Below are positions 40,666 to 54,567 of a DNA stretch of 64,000 nt, piece after piece; positions within the stretch are counted from its first letter, which is position 1, and every line of letters starts with the position of its first letter. The stretch is from the human T2T-CHM13v2.0 reference genome, Homo sapiens, in NCBI RefSeq assembly GCF_009914755.1, contig NC_060931.1, one strand, 5' to 3'. Position numbers and translations under genes: made by a program. The notes under the pieces are model-generated. The model saw only the letters and a program-made list of their open reading frames with translations, had not been told where the DNA came from and did no database searches.

Positions 40666-42559
40666 CTAAATAATGCCTCATTCTCAGCTGTGTGTCCCCA
40701 ACACCGAGCACAAATTCCTGGCACATAGTGTACACTCGAATCATTGTTGAAATAATGAACAAATATTCCTATAATTCACAGCATTTACTGAGCCTCTCCT
40801 GATTTGGGAAAGGATCCTTGGGAAGTGAATGCTTGCCTCCTAACTTTTTTGTAGTTTTAATTCATTTACTGCCAAGAGCAATGCCAGACACCAAGTGCTT
40901 GCAGGAACATGCTATGGACCTAGGTCCTTGACAGGATGTCAGCAATTAAACTCCATGAGACAGATCTAACGCATCAGGCTAAGATTGTTTCCTAAACTTG
41001 TCTGATCGTAGAACTCACAGTATTTCAGGTGATTTTGATGATCAAGCACGTATGGGGAGCACAGAGTTAGAAAAACACATTAAAGTAAGGCTTGATGTCT
41101 GAAAACAGAGCAGGCAAAGAACTCAATTCTTATAGGGAACAGACACACAAAACGGGCTTTTTTTTTTTTTTTTTTTTTGTAACACAGAGGTAGCAAATAC
41201 AAGTGCTTCTAGCCTCACCAAACCAAATGCATCTGAGGCCTTCTTCACTTCACAGAACAAGAACAGGGCAGAGACCAAGCACAGTCGTTGACTTACAGTA
41301 CCTGGACGCATCTATGTGAGCTCTGAGTAAGCTTACAGCCCTACGGATAGTCAAACACAAAAGATAAATAGTAGGAATTTCACAGCATACCTCAAAATCC
41401 CATGGCTCCCTTCTATTTTTGTATAAATACATATCTCTATTTTGTATAAATATGTATCTATCTCTACCTCTAGGAACAGATGGGTTTGAAGGCAGATTTT
41501 GTATATGTTTTGACCATGATGAAATAAATCACCTACTCTTGATAATCTACAGGATCGCTTATCCTGCCTGGGTCAGTGTTGTTGAGAGAGTTAAACAAAA
41601 GAGCACGCTTTTCGAGAATGTTAAAATTATGTCAAGAAGTTACTGTGTAGAATTTGTTGGTGATATATGCAAGAAACCTGTAACACTTGTGCTATGTTCC
41701 AAAACAAATCATCTCTATTATATCAAGGGCAGCTAACTCGGTGATAAAAGCATTCGCTTTGCAAGATCAACACTAAAAACACAGTGAAATGCTGTATGTA
41801 CCCTCACTTGGATTTTTGCATTCTTCTGATTCCAACAGCAGTCGCCCCCTAGACATTCTGTGCCTGCTCTTTTGTTAAAGACCTAAATAAAAAGGCTTTT
41901 TGTTTTCCTGTACTTCATACCAGGATAATTGTACCTTGCCACAGAAATAATCCTATCAATAAAATCCTGATCATGCTTATGACTCCTTGCTGGGCTATTA
42001 AGAAATAGTTACGGGTAAATCACTCAACTGTGACTGAAACTTAACTACCTCTTATTAATCTTCAGGGATTTTTCCAGGTTATAAGATCACAAATGACTGG
42101 TTATAATAACAGATCCCAAGAGAAGAGATCTGTTCGCTCTTCTTTGTCATCCCAAATAAAGTCTCCCCCCCATCATATACTGGACAAAACTCTGGTAGAC
42201 AGTAGGAGAGAGAGTAATGGACTTAGTCTATTAAAGCGCATTCTTACTCTGCTGGGCTCCCATTGTGCCAGGGAACAAAGGCTGCTCTGAGGATGGGAAG
42301 GCAGAAGGATAAAGAAAACTTATTCCAAAAGTTACAGACAGGGTCCCAACAGCTCCAACCAGGCCTATTTGACTAAATCACAAGTACTAATGAAGCTTTA
42401 GAATTCACCAAAGGAAATGGTTCAGGCAATTTTGAGGCTAATTTACAGGATATTATTGGTCGTTGCACAAAATTAGCTATTACATTTCATGGGTTCCCAG
42501 TATTTTAAGAAGATTATCTAACCAGAAGAGATAAACCAAAAAAAGGGGGACTATTATGA

Positions 42560-43030
42560 AGAAAGCTCATACAGGGCTATGAAGAAATGAATGCAGCATT
42601 GTTTATAAGTAGAACATTAGAAACAATATAAATATCCACCAGTAGGCAGATGGATCAATAAACTAGGATATATCCACAGCATGGGATACATACAGCAATT
42701 TAAAAAATGAGTTAAGTCTACATATAATAACAGACTTTTCCCCAAGAATCTTTTTTTACTAAGAAAGGCAAGTTTTAAAGCATTATGTGAAGAATTATTT
42801 ATTAAAAACACACACCCTTACACTCGAAGTGGTTCTGTATTTCTTCTGTGGGTGCATTTCCATGCATGTAAACGCACAGTAAAAACTCTGCATATATCAT
42901 AGGAAGAGACAGCGGAGATGCTTATCATTTTAAATGCTGGTGAAAGGAGACTCTCTTATCTGAGATGTTTAATTTTTACAGGGAGCATATTTATATATTA
43001 CTCATGTTACTACAAACGAAACAATAAAAG
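42560..43030 (+). mobile_element. Old L1M (L1ME-like) 3' fragment
   Basis: gcagcattgtttata...aaatatccaccagtaggcagatggatcaataaact...tacagcaatttaaaaaatgag. Confidence 0.6.
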
Positions 43031-44434
43031 ATTGAGCACTATCATTCTTTCAAAGAAACCAGCTTGTTCCCACTCAGTACTATGAAGTCACAACAGGCTG
43101 TATTAAGGAAAGAGAATGGAGGATCCATTTTATATTCTTTTTAGAAGATAGGAGCAGCCCAGTGAGATTCATGAGAAAGTTACAAAAAAGTGACAGTTTG
43201 GAAAATTTAGGGGACCAAGTACAAAATATTTTTTCAAATGATGTCATCTCATGATACATAAGTTTTGTAAAAGCTTTCCCAACTGTGGTCTTCTACAACT
43301 TGACCCCACAGAAAATTCACGTAAGTCTCAATCCCTCAGCTCCAAGTATATGCACTGGTATTTGACCATCTTTAACTTGCCTGTCCAATCAAAATATTGT
43401 CTAGTAATATTTTCAGTCCGAAAGAGAAACACTGACATTTGTAACTTTAAATATAACTTGGACTTCAAATATATCAACAGATCCAGGCTTGATTCTTAAA
43501 TTTGGGGTTTTCATTTGAGTTATTTAAAATCATCTATCTTCCATTACCTTTTTATTTCTACAAAATAACTTCTTCATCTCTCTAAATAATGAGGTGATGA
43601 AACCTAGCAAATTACCCAAGCAGCCCTCACTCCCTTTAGCATCAAGGTTTCACAGAGCTGCCAATTCCACAGTTGCTCGTGGAGTAAAAATGAAATATGC
43701 GGTTTAATTCCAACTCTTTATAAACCATGTCTCCTGACCATGATACCCTCAAATAGATTTCCTTTACTCCTCCTCTCTAGAGTCACTTGTTTAGACACAA
43801 ATATCCCAAATAAAGCTGACTTTATTTAAAGATCCATCTTAACTGTTCTCAGTTAGTTCTATCAACTTTTACTGTCCTTCTCAACCCGTGTTTCACTGAC
43901 ACTGCCTACATCCTTTAAGGCCTACCACAAATGGCATATTTTCTATTTAGCTTACCCTGATCCCCATGACCGAAAATGCTCCGTACTGCTTCATATTCAC
44001 ACTGTGTTTATACATCTTAGGTAGCACTGACCACTCTCCACCTTGGATAGATAGGCCACCTTGGATGCTGACCATGGCTGATTCAACCAACCTGTCTGGC
44101 CCCTTCCTCTCACCATCCTTTGTGTGTTTCTCCCAAAGATGCATACTGACCAAAAAGCAAACCTTCCGAGATAGTAGGAGGCACTCTTTTATTAAGGATT
44201 TACACACAGCTGAATTTTTCAAAATCCACAAACACTCTGCCCAGTGACTTAGATAGTTCTAGCTATATTCCCCACTATTGAGTATACTCTTTGTGGAAAT
44301 GGATCACGGTGGATTCATCTTTGGACCTCCTACTGTATACAATAGCATCTCTGAATGTAGTTAAATTAACATGAACTGAATTCAATTAAGAACATCTTCT
44401 CTATTATTTATTTTGAAGCAGTATGATAGAATAT

Positions 44435-44463
44435 AGATACATATACATATATGTGTATATGTA

Positions 44464-44506
<43 letters not shown>
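44435..44506. repeat. (TG)n microsatellite with a TA-rich lead-in
   Basis: Seen directly. Confidence 0.95.
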
Positions 44507-44508
<2 letters not shown>

Positions 44509-45039
44509 CCTCAAATTTGGAAAAACATTTTACTCTGCTATTCTCCACCTATGTTCCAAATTTTCCGTTAGTCACTTCCCAATGTCTTAAATGAATTCTC
44601 TAATATATTGACCTCCAAATCATGGCTAAAACTTGCCACCCATGATCCACACACTACAAACTATAGTTTTTACTGTCATCTATGAACAGATCAGAGACAC
44701 AATGACTTTTCTCCTTGTTTTCTTCCTCGTGGTTTTTTTATGTCTATAGAATTTAACATTGGTGTCGAAGAGTTTCAATAGAAGAGTTTAATTGTTCGGT
44801 ATTACACAAATTAGTTACGTGGCTACAGCAAGGTTATTACGGGCCCAGGTGGTATTGGCTCAAAAGTCAGAAAGCTCTTAACCACTGCTGCATTGTCCCC
44901 ACAAGCTCACCATACCTCAGCTTTTAAATAGACTATGGTTCATTGGTTAACTTACTTGATGGCTTTGAAGCCCACTAAAGAAAAGACTACTAAAATTTTT
45001 AAAACATCTGATTCAGCAAGGCTGGCTACAGAAAGATAG

Positions 45040-45300
45040 TGAGGCAGTGTGGCATACCAATAAGAGCTTGTTTTTTGGAATCAAAATTCCTGGGTCCAAG
45101 TCCCATCTCAAACTATTTAATAACTATATGACCCTGGGTAATTTATTTGACTTCTCTGTGCCTCACAATCCTCAGATATAGAGTAAGAATAACAGGATAC
45201 CTGCTCATAGGATACTATGATGATAAAATAAGATACTGAATGTAAAATACTGAAAACTTTCCTAACACATATAAATGTTAGCTCTTCTTACTATTATTAT
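45040..45300. mobile_element. MIR relic
   Basis: gaggcagtgtggc...cctgggtccaagtccc...tgaccctgggtaatttatttgacttctctgtgcctca. Confidence 0.8.
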
Positions 45301-45339
45301 TACTACATTGTCCTGAATCATAGACGGTAATAAAAAGGC

Positions 45340-46059
45340 ACATGTTGAATAATGAATTTGGACTGTGCATCCAGACTATGAGCTATAAATCCCATATCCC
45401 ATTAAAAGTAACCAAGACTCTAGAGAAAGAACCAAGACTCTGATTCCAGGTATGGACAGGAAATGCATTAAATGATCCTGGGACATGGTATTGTTCCTAA
45501 AACCAAGGAAGCTCTCAAAACCTCATGGCTCATAACAAATGTGAAGACAGACACCATGTGGAAGAGGTTCCAATGGTTGGAGATGAAACAATATAAACAT
45601 AGGAAGAAGAATGATGACAACGTATTGGAAAAACACATAATACATAAAAACATAATTAAGTAATTTCGTAATGATACTCTCCAAAAAAACAACCACTACT
45701 ACATCCTATAAGGGTTGCTAAGGCATCAGCTTATTATTCTGAAAACTTACAAATAAAGGCAAATACTCAAACGTTTGTCATGTATTTGTTGGGATGAAGG
45801 AAAGGTCTCTTTTCTAAAAATCATAGCTAAAAAGAGTGAAAATTGGAAAACGACTCCTTGGCAACCCCTAATGCAATAATAGACTTTGGCAAAACTCTTT
45901 GATAGATAACAATAGATGACAAGCTGATGGTGAACTTTATGATAGACAGATTAGGATGACAGTTCCTGAACCCACTGATTGATCTTAGCATCACTGAGAG
46001 TGAAATGGCTGATATCCTCTTCCTGTGATGGCAATGTACTGCCAGTGTATCCCTTTTAC

Positions 46060-46092
<33 letters not shown>

Positions 46093-46890
46093 AAACCTAA
46101 ATATAATTGAGTCTCTGTGTCTAAATATTAGTTTACAAGAAATATGGGCAATAAGAGAAATAATTTGGAAACATGGTAAGAATCAGCCAAAATCAAAATA
46201 TGGGAAATCCTATGGGTAAAGTGACCCAATTTCATCAACGGGTAAGTGGCCTGACAAATAACAGGGGGTATTGTTCTATACTAAGGGAAGCTTAAGAACT
46301 ACGTCAACAAAAGGCAGTTGTGAACTTTGGATCCTGACTTGAAAAACAGTAAAAAAAGATATATTTTAGACAACAGGAAAAAATTTTAAGGGATTATTAA
46401 CATGACTGAGATAATGGCATTTGGATTTTTTTAATGCTATCTTTTACAGAAGCATAATGAAGTGTTTACAGACTAAGTGGTATGCTGTCTAATGTTTGTT
46501 TTAAAATACTCTAGTTAAAGAAAAAGTAGGGGGATTCCACTTCCAGGAAGATGGGGTAGATGGGGTGAGGCCAGGAGGAAATGGATATGACTCCTGACAA
46601 GGGACCACCAGGGATGCTCCTGGGGATGGAATGTTCTGTATCTTGACTGAATCAAGGTCAATATCCTGGTTGTGATTTTGTACTGTAATACCGCAAGATG
46701 TTACCATGAGAAGAAATTTTGGAAGGGTGCAAGTGATTTCTCTGTATTGCTTCTCACAGCTGCATGTGAATCTCAAAAGAAAAAGGTAATTCATAAAATG
46801 AAAATATGAAGTAGCAGGAGACACATGAAAAAGAATGGCAGAAAAGTTGATGGCTAGAGGATTCATTATAACCTTTTTCTTCATTTGCTT
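45340..46890 (+). mobile_element. Old L1MC/L1ME-type 3' region, fragmented, containing an A30 run
   Basis: cctgaacccactgattgatcttagcatcac; gaatgttctgtatcttgact...caatatcctggttgtgat...gcaagatgttaccat; ttgaaaatttccataacaaaa. Confidence 0.65.
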
Positions 46891-47061
46891 GAAAATTTCC
46901 ATAACAAAAAGGGTTTCTTAAGGTTTAGAAGAGTAAACTTTGCAATTTCCCTACAAACTGGTATTATCCCCTGATTTTCCTAACTAGTGTGTCTGCGGAC
47001 TTCCAAATTCCCATACCACTAGGCTATTTTACACACTCTTGCTACTTGTTTCTTTCTAAAA

Positions 47062-47065
<4 letters not shown>

Positions 47066-47113
<48 letters not shown>
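47066..47113. repeat. (TA)n(T)n microsatellite
   Basis: Seen directly. Confidence 0.95.
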
Positions 47114-48772
47114 ACTCTATCATTCCTTTGCTTAAAAGGAACTCTGCTGCTACTTCAGGATAAAGTTCACGGTTATTAAAAAAAAAAAAAATTCCTCCAC
47201 AGTCAGGCCTGAGCAATTGTATGTTCATCTCCCACACACCCTCTGCATAAACCCTGCACTTTGGTCAAACTAGACTCACAGTTCCACGGATATAATTTTG
47301 GACACAGTACTCATGCCTGTGTGCCATTCTCCTGCCTGCTACTCTCTCTCTACTCCACAGACCTAAATCTCACCCATTTTTACAAAGCAGAACAAATCCC
47401 ATCTTCTTCATGAAGCCCTCCCCCCCACTTCATAACAAGACTCTTAAGAGTAAGGATCACGTATTTTATCGCAATGCCTATTAGCCTTCCTGATACAATC
47501 GAGGTTTTCAATGGAAAGATGTGGATTTAACTGAATGAATGTTTAATGTAAAGCCTTGGAGAGATTACCAAATTTTAGAAAAAAAAAATTTTAAAGTAGA
47601 AATGTTAAAGAGATTTAAAAATAAAAACTGGAATTCAGTACACTTGAATTTCAAATAGTAATACTATATATAATTTGTTTTATCACCTTGGGTAACTCAT
47701 TTAACATATCTTGGCATTTGGTTCTAAAATATAAAATGAAGCACTAGGCTCCTCATTTTTTAATATGTAGACACTATACTTGCCTCTGGAAAAAAATATC
47801 CCAAGGGCTTCCATAGACTATAATTTTATTCGTAAACATTACTCATCAACAGAGTCTAAACTTTATATAAAACACAGAAAGCAAAACAGTATCCCTGATC
47901 CACCAGTTTTTAAATAAACCTGAGTCAATGAGAATGAATCACATGATGAGTCTGGAGACCACAGGAAGTAGGACCACCATATCATTTAAAGGTATTGCAT
48001 TTGATAAGTCTTCCTACAGTACCTGCACCCTAAGGGAGGTATAGTCTCTCTTCCCATAGCATTAAAAATCTGCCATCCCATAACTTGAAGCTAACTGTCA
48101 AGGATGTATAGTACAAAGGCAGAAACATTTTATTTCAAAGATTACGACCTTGTCAAGAAACCACTAAGGTTTCCCTGAATACTGAGGTGGATACTCACAA
48201 GGACAGGAAGTGCACTGGGGAGAACACAGAATGAGATTAGATATTAAGAGAATAAATTCTACTTTGCCTTAAGAAAAAAACAAATGTCACTCTCTAAGCA
48301 GGCCTGTGTATTCAGGAAGGTCATGATTCATGGTCTGCCTTCCAGGTTGGAAGTGGCAGGAATCTTAACCAAACCATGAAGCCTGAACAGTTTGCCCTCA
48401 CACTGACCCTCTGGGAATGCCCAGGCTGGAAGAGAACAGAGTTGTATAAGCATCAGCTATACCCACCACTAGTACTCAATGAAACTTGGAAGAGCACCTA
48501 TCAAAGAGAATATCATTAGCACATGAATGAGGAGGCAACATTCCTGCTCTAGAACTTTGAATTCATTAGGATGGGGAGGCTGGTTCCATGAGAGAGCCCA
48601 AAGTGGGAAAGAGATGGGCCAATGGGATGAACTGAGGAAGCTAAGCACAGGGCCTTGGGGATGAGTGAACTGAGGTCATAGGAACCCAAAGACTAGTCTG
48701 GGGAGAAAAGCACGAAGCAGCAGTTCATTTTTCTCTGCACTGGCCCAGCAGCACCAGAGTCCTGGCAGTTAC

Positions 48773-48889
48773 CTGAGGTTTCTTCACCTTAATGATCCAA
48801 GTGGGCGGGACAATAACAGCAGCATGAGCCCCCAGGGAGCAGGGTTCTTCAATGTGATGCAGCATGAAGCAGGTCACCTTATTGTGAAA
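48773..48889 (-). CDS. DGKI: DGKI internal coding exon, [39 protein letters not shown] (end of C1B and extension)
   Basis: 117 nt; CTCTTCAG|TTT acceptor, CAG|GTAACT donor; phase 0 to 0. Confidence 0.96.
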
Positions 48890-48961
48890 CTGAAGAGAAA
48901 AATAAGCCAGTAAACAATTCTGGTCAAAGAGTAATGCTGCAGCAAGAAGGGATAAATATGT

Positions 48962-48963
48962 AC

Positions 48964-49007
<44 letters not shown>

Positions 49008-49060
49008 ATTACATGCACAAAAATACATATGCATGCACACATGCACACATGGGCACACAC
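48962..49060. repeat. (CA)n microsatellite with a degenerate CA-rich extension
   Basis: About 18 pure CA units at 48969-49005. Confidence 0.95.
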
Positions 49061-51157
49061 TGAGGACTGAGGACATGCTTTCCTCATCACCACCCAGCCA
49101 GCCCCAGGAGCTTAGAGACCAGACTTCAGATTTATTCCGGTTTACAAACTTATAACATTGATAACAAGAAATCAGTCTAGCAGGATGAAGCCTGCTAAAA
49201 CTTTCTAATCGTTGCATGGAATATTTACTTAAAAGTTTTAGAGTCTTGGAGGGTTCTATTAATCCTGATTTTGCACAAAATGTTCACATACACTTCCCTT
49301 GACCTGTGCTGGCCATGGACTTGGTTGATCTAAGATAACGTTAAGAAGGAAATGAACAGGCAGAAAGGCAATGCCTACCACCTGCCTTTCCTTTTCCTAT
49401 CATAGATATAAATCCTCCCAGGTTGTCTTTCCGGTTTAGAGAAGGCAGAAAAGAAGCATGATGTCTCTTCTACAGAGTTGAAAATCCCAGAAGTAACAAA
49501 GTACAAAGAGATTGCTTCTGTTGGGTTTGTCTGGACTGCTAAAAAAAAAATTCAATGACCCTATTACTCTTGGCAAGTCTAAAGTGATTTTTGCTTTTGA
49601 AAGGAAGTAAATGTAGGCTAACGATCATAACAATACCACAGTATTAGGGTCTTAACTGTATACCCCAACAGTGACACTCAGACTGGTGACCTTAGGCCAG
49701 TCAAGTTTTCAACCATCTTTTGTGTGACTATAAAGTGATAGTGATGTGTAATAACATTTATTTTTCTGAAAAAGAAAACTAAAATCAACATTATGCAATA
49801 ATTATAGGCCTTAAATTTTAATCACAGTGATTTTAAAAATTCAACCTCAGTTTCTTCTTAGATTATACTTCACGTAACTATATTATTTATCATTTTAACT
49901 GGAACAATGTTAAAAGTAAAAAGTATCACTGATAATAATTATGTTGAAAACACAAACACAAATTAGGACCGTCTCCAAAAAAACTGGCAAATATGTCCAC
50001 CCTAATTACATTACATAACATTAGAGAGGTTTTTGTTTTCATTTCTACATGTCTTCAAGATCTGCTGTGATCCAGTGGCTAATCATTAATCAAGCAATTG
50101 TATATAAAATACTGGTAAAATAATTAATAATTCTGCCTGCCACCAGTTATTGGTGATCTGCAAACAAATATACCAGATAAATATTATTAACATTTGAATA
50201 CCTTCTTTAAAAATTGCTTTTTTTTCTTGGCAATTCAAATAAACCCTCAAATGTATGACCACTGCATTTCTAAAACATTAGGGATCGCAGAGACTGCCTA
50301 TGTCAAGTCTCTCAATGAATACTTAAGTAATCTCCACTCTAGAGACTCAGAGGTACATCCAAGATTGCACAGTTTTTAAATGATGGAATCAAAACCCCAA
50401 CCCTGGAAATCCAGGTCCCAAACCCCATATTCTTTCTCCTGTACCATAAAGGGTCACATATTTATTTGCTTGTCTGACATCAAATATCCTAGAAGGGGTT
50501 CACCTGGACTGTGAAAACATATCAACCGCTGTAATTTGTGTTCAAATCTTTTGTACCTATTATCCTTACAAAAATCACCTTCTACAAGGTGGGAAACTGG
50601 GAAATTCAAAGATAAGTGGAACTGACCAAAGCTCTACCACAATGGTCAGGTGAAAGTTGTCCTTTGTAGTGATTCAGTTGGACTACAGATTAATAGAAAG
50701 AGAGCACACATGTTCATTGTAAAGTGGGATTGAGTTTCCAAATTAATTGAATCTGGATAGACCATCGCACCACAGCCTGGTAGCTGCACAGGGCAGGAGC
50801 AGATGCAGCCGATCTGAGCACACCGCTGCCCAGAAGGCTGCCCCACCAGTGGGGTCTCACCAGATTAGAAGAACCAGGAGCAAAGATAGCAGCACTGGGG
50901 ACCCCAGGACCACAAATGGAGATATTGCCTTGCTGGTACAGAGTTTCATTCAATAACTAGGATGGCCTTATATTTGTGCACACATTCTTGAACAGAAGTG
51001 AAATGATTATTTGTGTAACAACTAACTGAAAGTAAATGAAAATGCCAGGAATAAAAAATGTCACAGGATTGTGATGCAGCGACACTGAGCTTTCCAGACC
51101 ACCGAGTCTCTATCTAGTGACAGCAGGTTCTTCTGACATGTAGGAGGCTAGAGATAT

Positions 51158-51238
51158 TATTAAGTTGAACTATATGGAACTGCCAAAATATAAATGGTTT
51201 TGACCCACAAAATGTCCATTTCATATGTTTCAACTAAA
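51158..51238. mobile_element. MADE2-like mariner MITE (~80-bp palindrome)
   Basis: ttaagttgaactatatggaa...ttcatatgtttcaactaa terminal inverted repeats. Confidence 0.75.
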
Positions 51239-51422
51239 TGCATCTGTTCCAGCCCCATGGCCTGTGTGGCTAGTTTAGCGTGATGTGTGTAGTGGCAGGA
51301 GTTTTCTGCAAACCTTTAACCTCACCAAGACACCACAGCCTTTTCTTTGCAGGTCCCCTGTGCAATGAAGGGGTTATATATTCCAACTTATTCAAAAGAA
51401 TAGGGACATTGAGAAATTACAG

Positions 51423-51675
51423 CAGGCATCAGCAAACTTTTTCTATAAAGGCACAGGGAATAAATATTTTAGGCTTATGGGATCATCCACCTCTGTTGCA
51501 ATTACTCATCCTTGCCATTGTAGCATGAAAGTGTCTATAGACAATACATAAATGAAAAAAAACAGCCACAGACAATATATAAATAACTGGGCATGGCTGC
51601 ATTCCAGTGAAATTTTATTTACAAAAATAGATGGCAGCCAGACTTGGCCTACGAGCTGTAGTCTGCCAACACCTG
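51423..51675. mobile_element. MER58A-like hAT-Charlie MITE with an internal duplication
   Basis: cagcaaactttttctataaagg...taaatattttaggctt...tttatttacaaaaa...gtagtctgccaacacctg. Confidence 0.85.
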
Positions 51676-52433
51676 GGTTAGACTATATGTTATGTGGTAA
51701 AAGAAAGAACAGGTACACAGGTACACATGTACAAACAAATAAGAAAATGTAGCATCTGGTACAGACCGAGGAATTACGCTCTAAATAAAGTGGGAAAAAA
51801 GGTAGATTAAAGAAAAATAAATAGGGACATTACCATCAGATCCTAATGAGTATATATATGTTCAAATGTAAGAAAGAGCTACATTTCAATGAGTGTACAG
51901 ACAACATCCAAACCTAAAAAAGCATACAAGAACCACTCTTCTTATCCTCACACTTAGCCCCAAAATAAAAAGTCATGCACATTAAACATTAAAACCAGAA
52001 GAGCCAGGATTCCTGTCCACCTGTGTTGGAGGGACCTCTTAGGTCATACGTTGCTTTGCTTCTAATGTTGTACCTTCATACCAGAGGAGTTCTCAACAAT
52101 ACAGAGGTACTGGAGGGAAAATGTGGTCTAGGTGTGAGAAGTCCTCAACTCTAGACCCAGTGTTAGAATTAGGGGAGGATTTTCTAGTCTTTGACCCCAA
52201 GCTTTAATGTACATAAAATATAGAAGTTAATTTATCTCTCTAGTGTATCCCAGCTCATCTATGCTATTGTTCTATAGTTTCAGTCTGTCTTTCTTCCTCC
52301 AAGGATCCTATATGAGAAAAGCAATACATTAAATTAGGAATGCCTTCTACTTCCAGGGAGAAACTCAAATAATGACACAAGTGTATTTCGACAAAACATG
52401 AGCCCACATTGCTTTATTTCATCCCAATCTTAC

Positions 52434-52505
52434 CGCCTGCTTGCACCAGGAACAGCTGATAGCCACAATCTCTTTACTGTGGAAGGAGAACTTTTGCTGG
52501 AAGCC
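52434..52505 (-). CDS. DGKI: DGKI internal coding exon, [24 protein letters not shown] (C1B zinc finger)
   Basis: 72 nt; ATCCCAG|GGC acceptor, GCG|GTAAGA donor; CxWC of a C1 domain. Confidence 0.96.
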
Positions 52506-53551
52506 CTGGGATATTAGAACAAGAGACAGATAATTTAAAACCACCTCAGTTACAGCGCACATTTGCCCTCCTGAAGTGCAATGACGTGAATAAGGCCAGA
52601 AGGCCAGGACTGTCACCCACCACTGGAGGTAAGTAGAATTGCAAAGGCCACATTGAGCACCACACTCTCCACTTTCTGCCTGCAATGATTTTCTAATCCT
52701 GAAGCATTTCAAGTGAGAGAGAGAGGAGGTGCTGGTATTTCCTAGACCACCTACTACTCAAAGTCAGCCACACAAAAAGAGCTTTTTGAAAAAATAAATG
52801 TTGTTCTGATATGTTTTTATTATAACCAAAGGAAAAGCCATTATTGGTTCACATGGTCTTGTCTAACAATAATCATTCATCTCAGAGGGTCTATACAACT
52901 TTAGCATCCGAGAACCCAGAAAAAAAAAAAGAAATGAAATATCAGAGAGACAATAACTGGAACTCCGGGTCTGGGAGAAGTCCAACGGTGTAGTAGTAAA
53001 TTCAGACACTTTCATAAGCCCCTTGAGATGTCTCCACTCAAAACAAGCAGCTTTTAATTTTTATTCTTTACCAGGAAGCAACGATGAAATCAATGAAATG
53101 GTAAACCTAATCCTCTTAAAGGAACAAACTGAATTACTTTTCCATCCAGAACAGAAGAGGTGATTTTCGGCTGCTGCTGTCCCTAAATAATGGCCAGAGA
53201 GAAGTATGTAGTATTGCACAAAGAATTTTTTTAGCCTTCCCAAAGCTCATCCATTTCCCTCTGCCTGTGAAATCTAAACCCAAACAAAAAATTCAAAGCC
53301 ACAATAAAAAATGTTAAAACAGAGCTTTTGTAAGGTGATCAAAAGAAAACAGAAAGATGTGATAGGCAGGAAAGCTATTCAAGGCACTGGCTAAGTAAGT
53401 CTGGCTTAATGTGTACAGATAATTTTAAGTTGAAAATCAATTACCACATTATTAAATTATGTCCCAATGGCATTTTTCAGCGCCCATAATCCCTGCCCAT
53501 CTGCAGTACTTTATATACTACCGAGCATTTCCTCCTTTTGAACCTCTCTCG

Positions 53552-53856
53552 TTTTTGTTTTTGTTTTTTTTTTGAGACGGGATCTTGGTCTGTAGCCCAG
53601 GCTGGAGTGCAGTGACCCAATCTCGTCTCACTGCAAGCTCCGCCTCCCGGGTTCACACCATTCTCCTGCCTGAGCCTCCCGAGTAGCTGGGACTACAGGC
53701 GCCTGCCACCACGCCTGGCTAATTTTTTGTATTTTTTTAGTAGAGACAGGGTTTCACCGTGTTAGCCAGGATGGTCTCAATCTCCTGACCTCATGATCTG
53801 CTCACCTCGGCCTCCCAAAGTGCTAGGATTATAGGCGTGAGCCATCTCGCCCGGCC
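53552..53856 (-). mobile_element. Alu (AluY-like)
   Basis: gcaagctccgcctcccgggttcacaccattctcc; ttagccaggatggtctc. Confidence 0.95.
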
Positions 53857-54128
53857 TTCTCTCCTCTCTTGATTTCCTAACACACCATCCCAGTTCTCTT
53901 CTACCTCTCCAGTCTTCTGTATGTGGACAGACAACCAGGACTGGTTTCACTACTTTTGCTCCAACCTGAACTACCACTTCCAGAGACATGACCTTAACGT
54001 CAGACTCTCCTGGGTTTTGAAAAATGTATCCATCAATACCTCCTTCTCAAAAACCTAAGCGGTATTTTCACTCCCTGTGCAGAAAAGAGTTAACATAGCA
54101 AATCAGACTCCTTAAAAAGGCTGCTTGC

Positions 54129-54450
54129 AGCTGGGTGTGGTGGCTCACGCCTGTAATCCCAGCACTTTGGGAGGCTGAGGCAGGCAGATTGCCTGAGGTC
54201 AGGAGTTCAAGAGCAGCCTGACCAACATGGGGAAACCCCGTCTGTACTAAAAATAGAGAAGTCAGCTGGGCTTGGTGGCAGGCGCCTGTAATCCCAGCTA
54301 CTCGGGAGGCTGAGTCAGGAGAATTTCTTGAATCCAAGAGTCGGAAGTGGCAGTGAGCCAAAATCGTGCTACTGCCCCCTAGCCTGAGGGATAGAGCAAG
54401 ACTCCATCTCAAAAAAAATAATAAAATAAAAAATTTAAAAAAAAATAAAG
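54129..54450 (+). mobile_element. Alu (AluS-like) inserted in the LTR
   Basis: Full dimer; TSD aaaggctgcttgca. Confidence 0.95.
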
Positions 54451-54567
54451 AAAGGCTGCTTGCAAGGTTGGCCCTTGGTTGGCATCTGGGAACTCGGATT
54501 GCAGGAGGGTTTCTCCAATTGACAGCACAGTTAAGAGAGTCTCATTGGGCCTAAACTGTTTGCACAG

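Noticed and set aside
41333-41353. REST/RE1-like word tacagccctacggatag
   Set aside because: Several mismatches at core positions.
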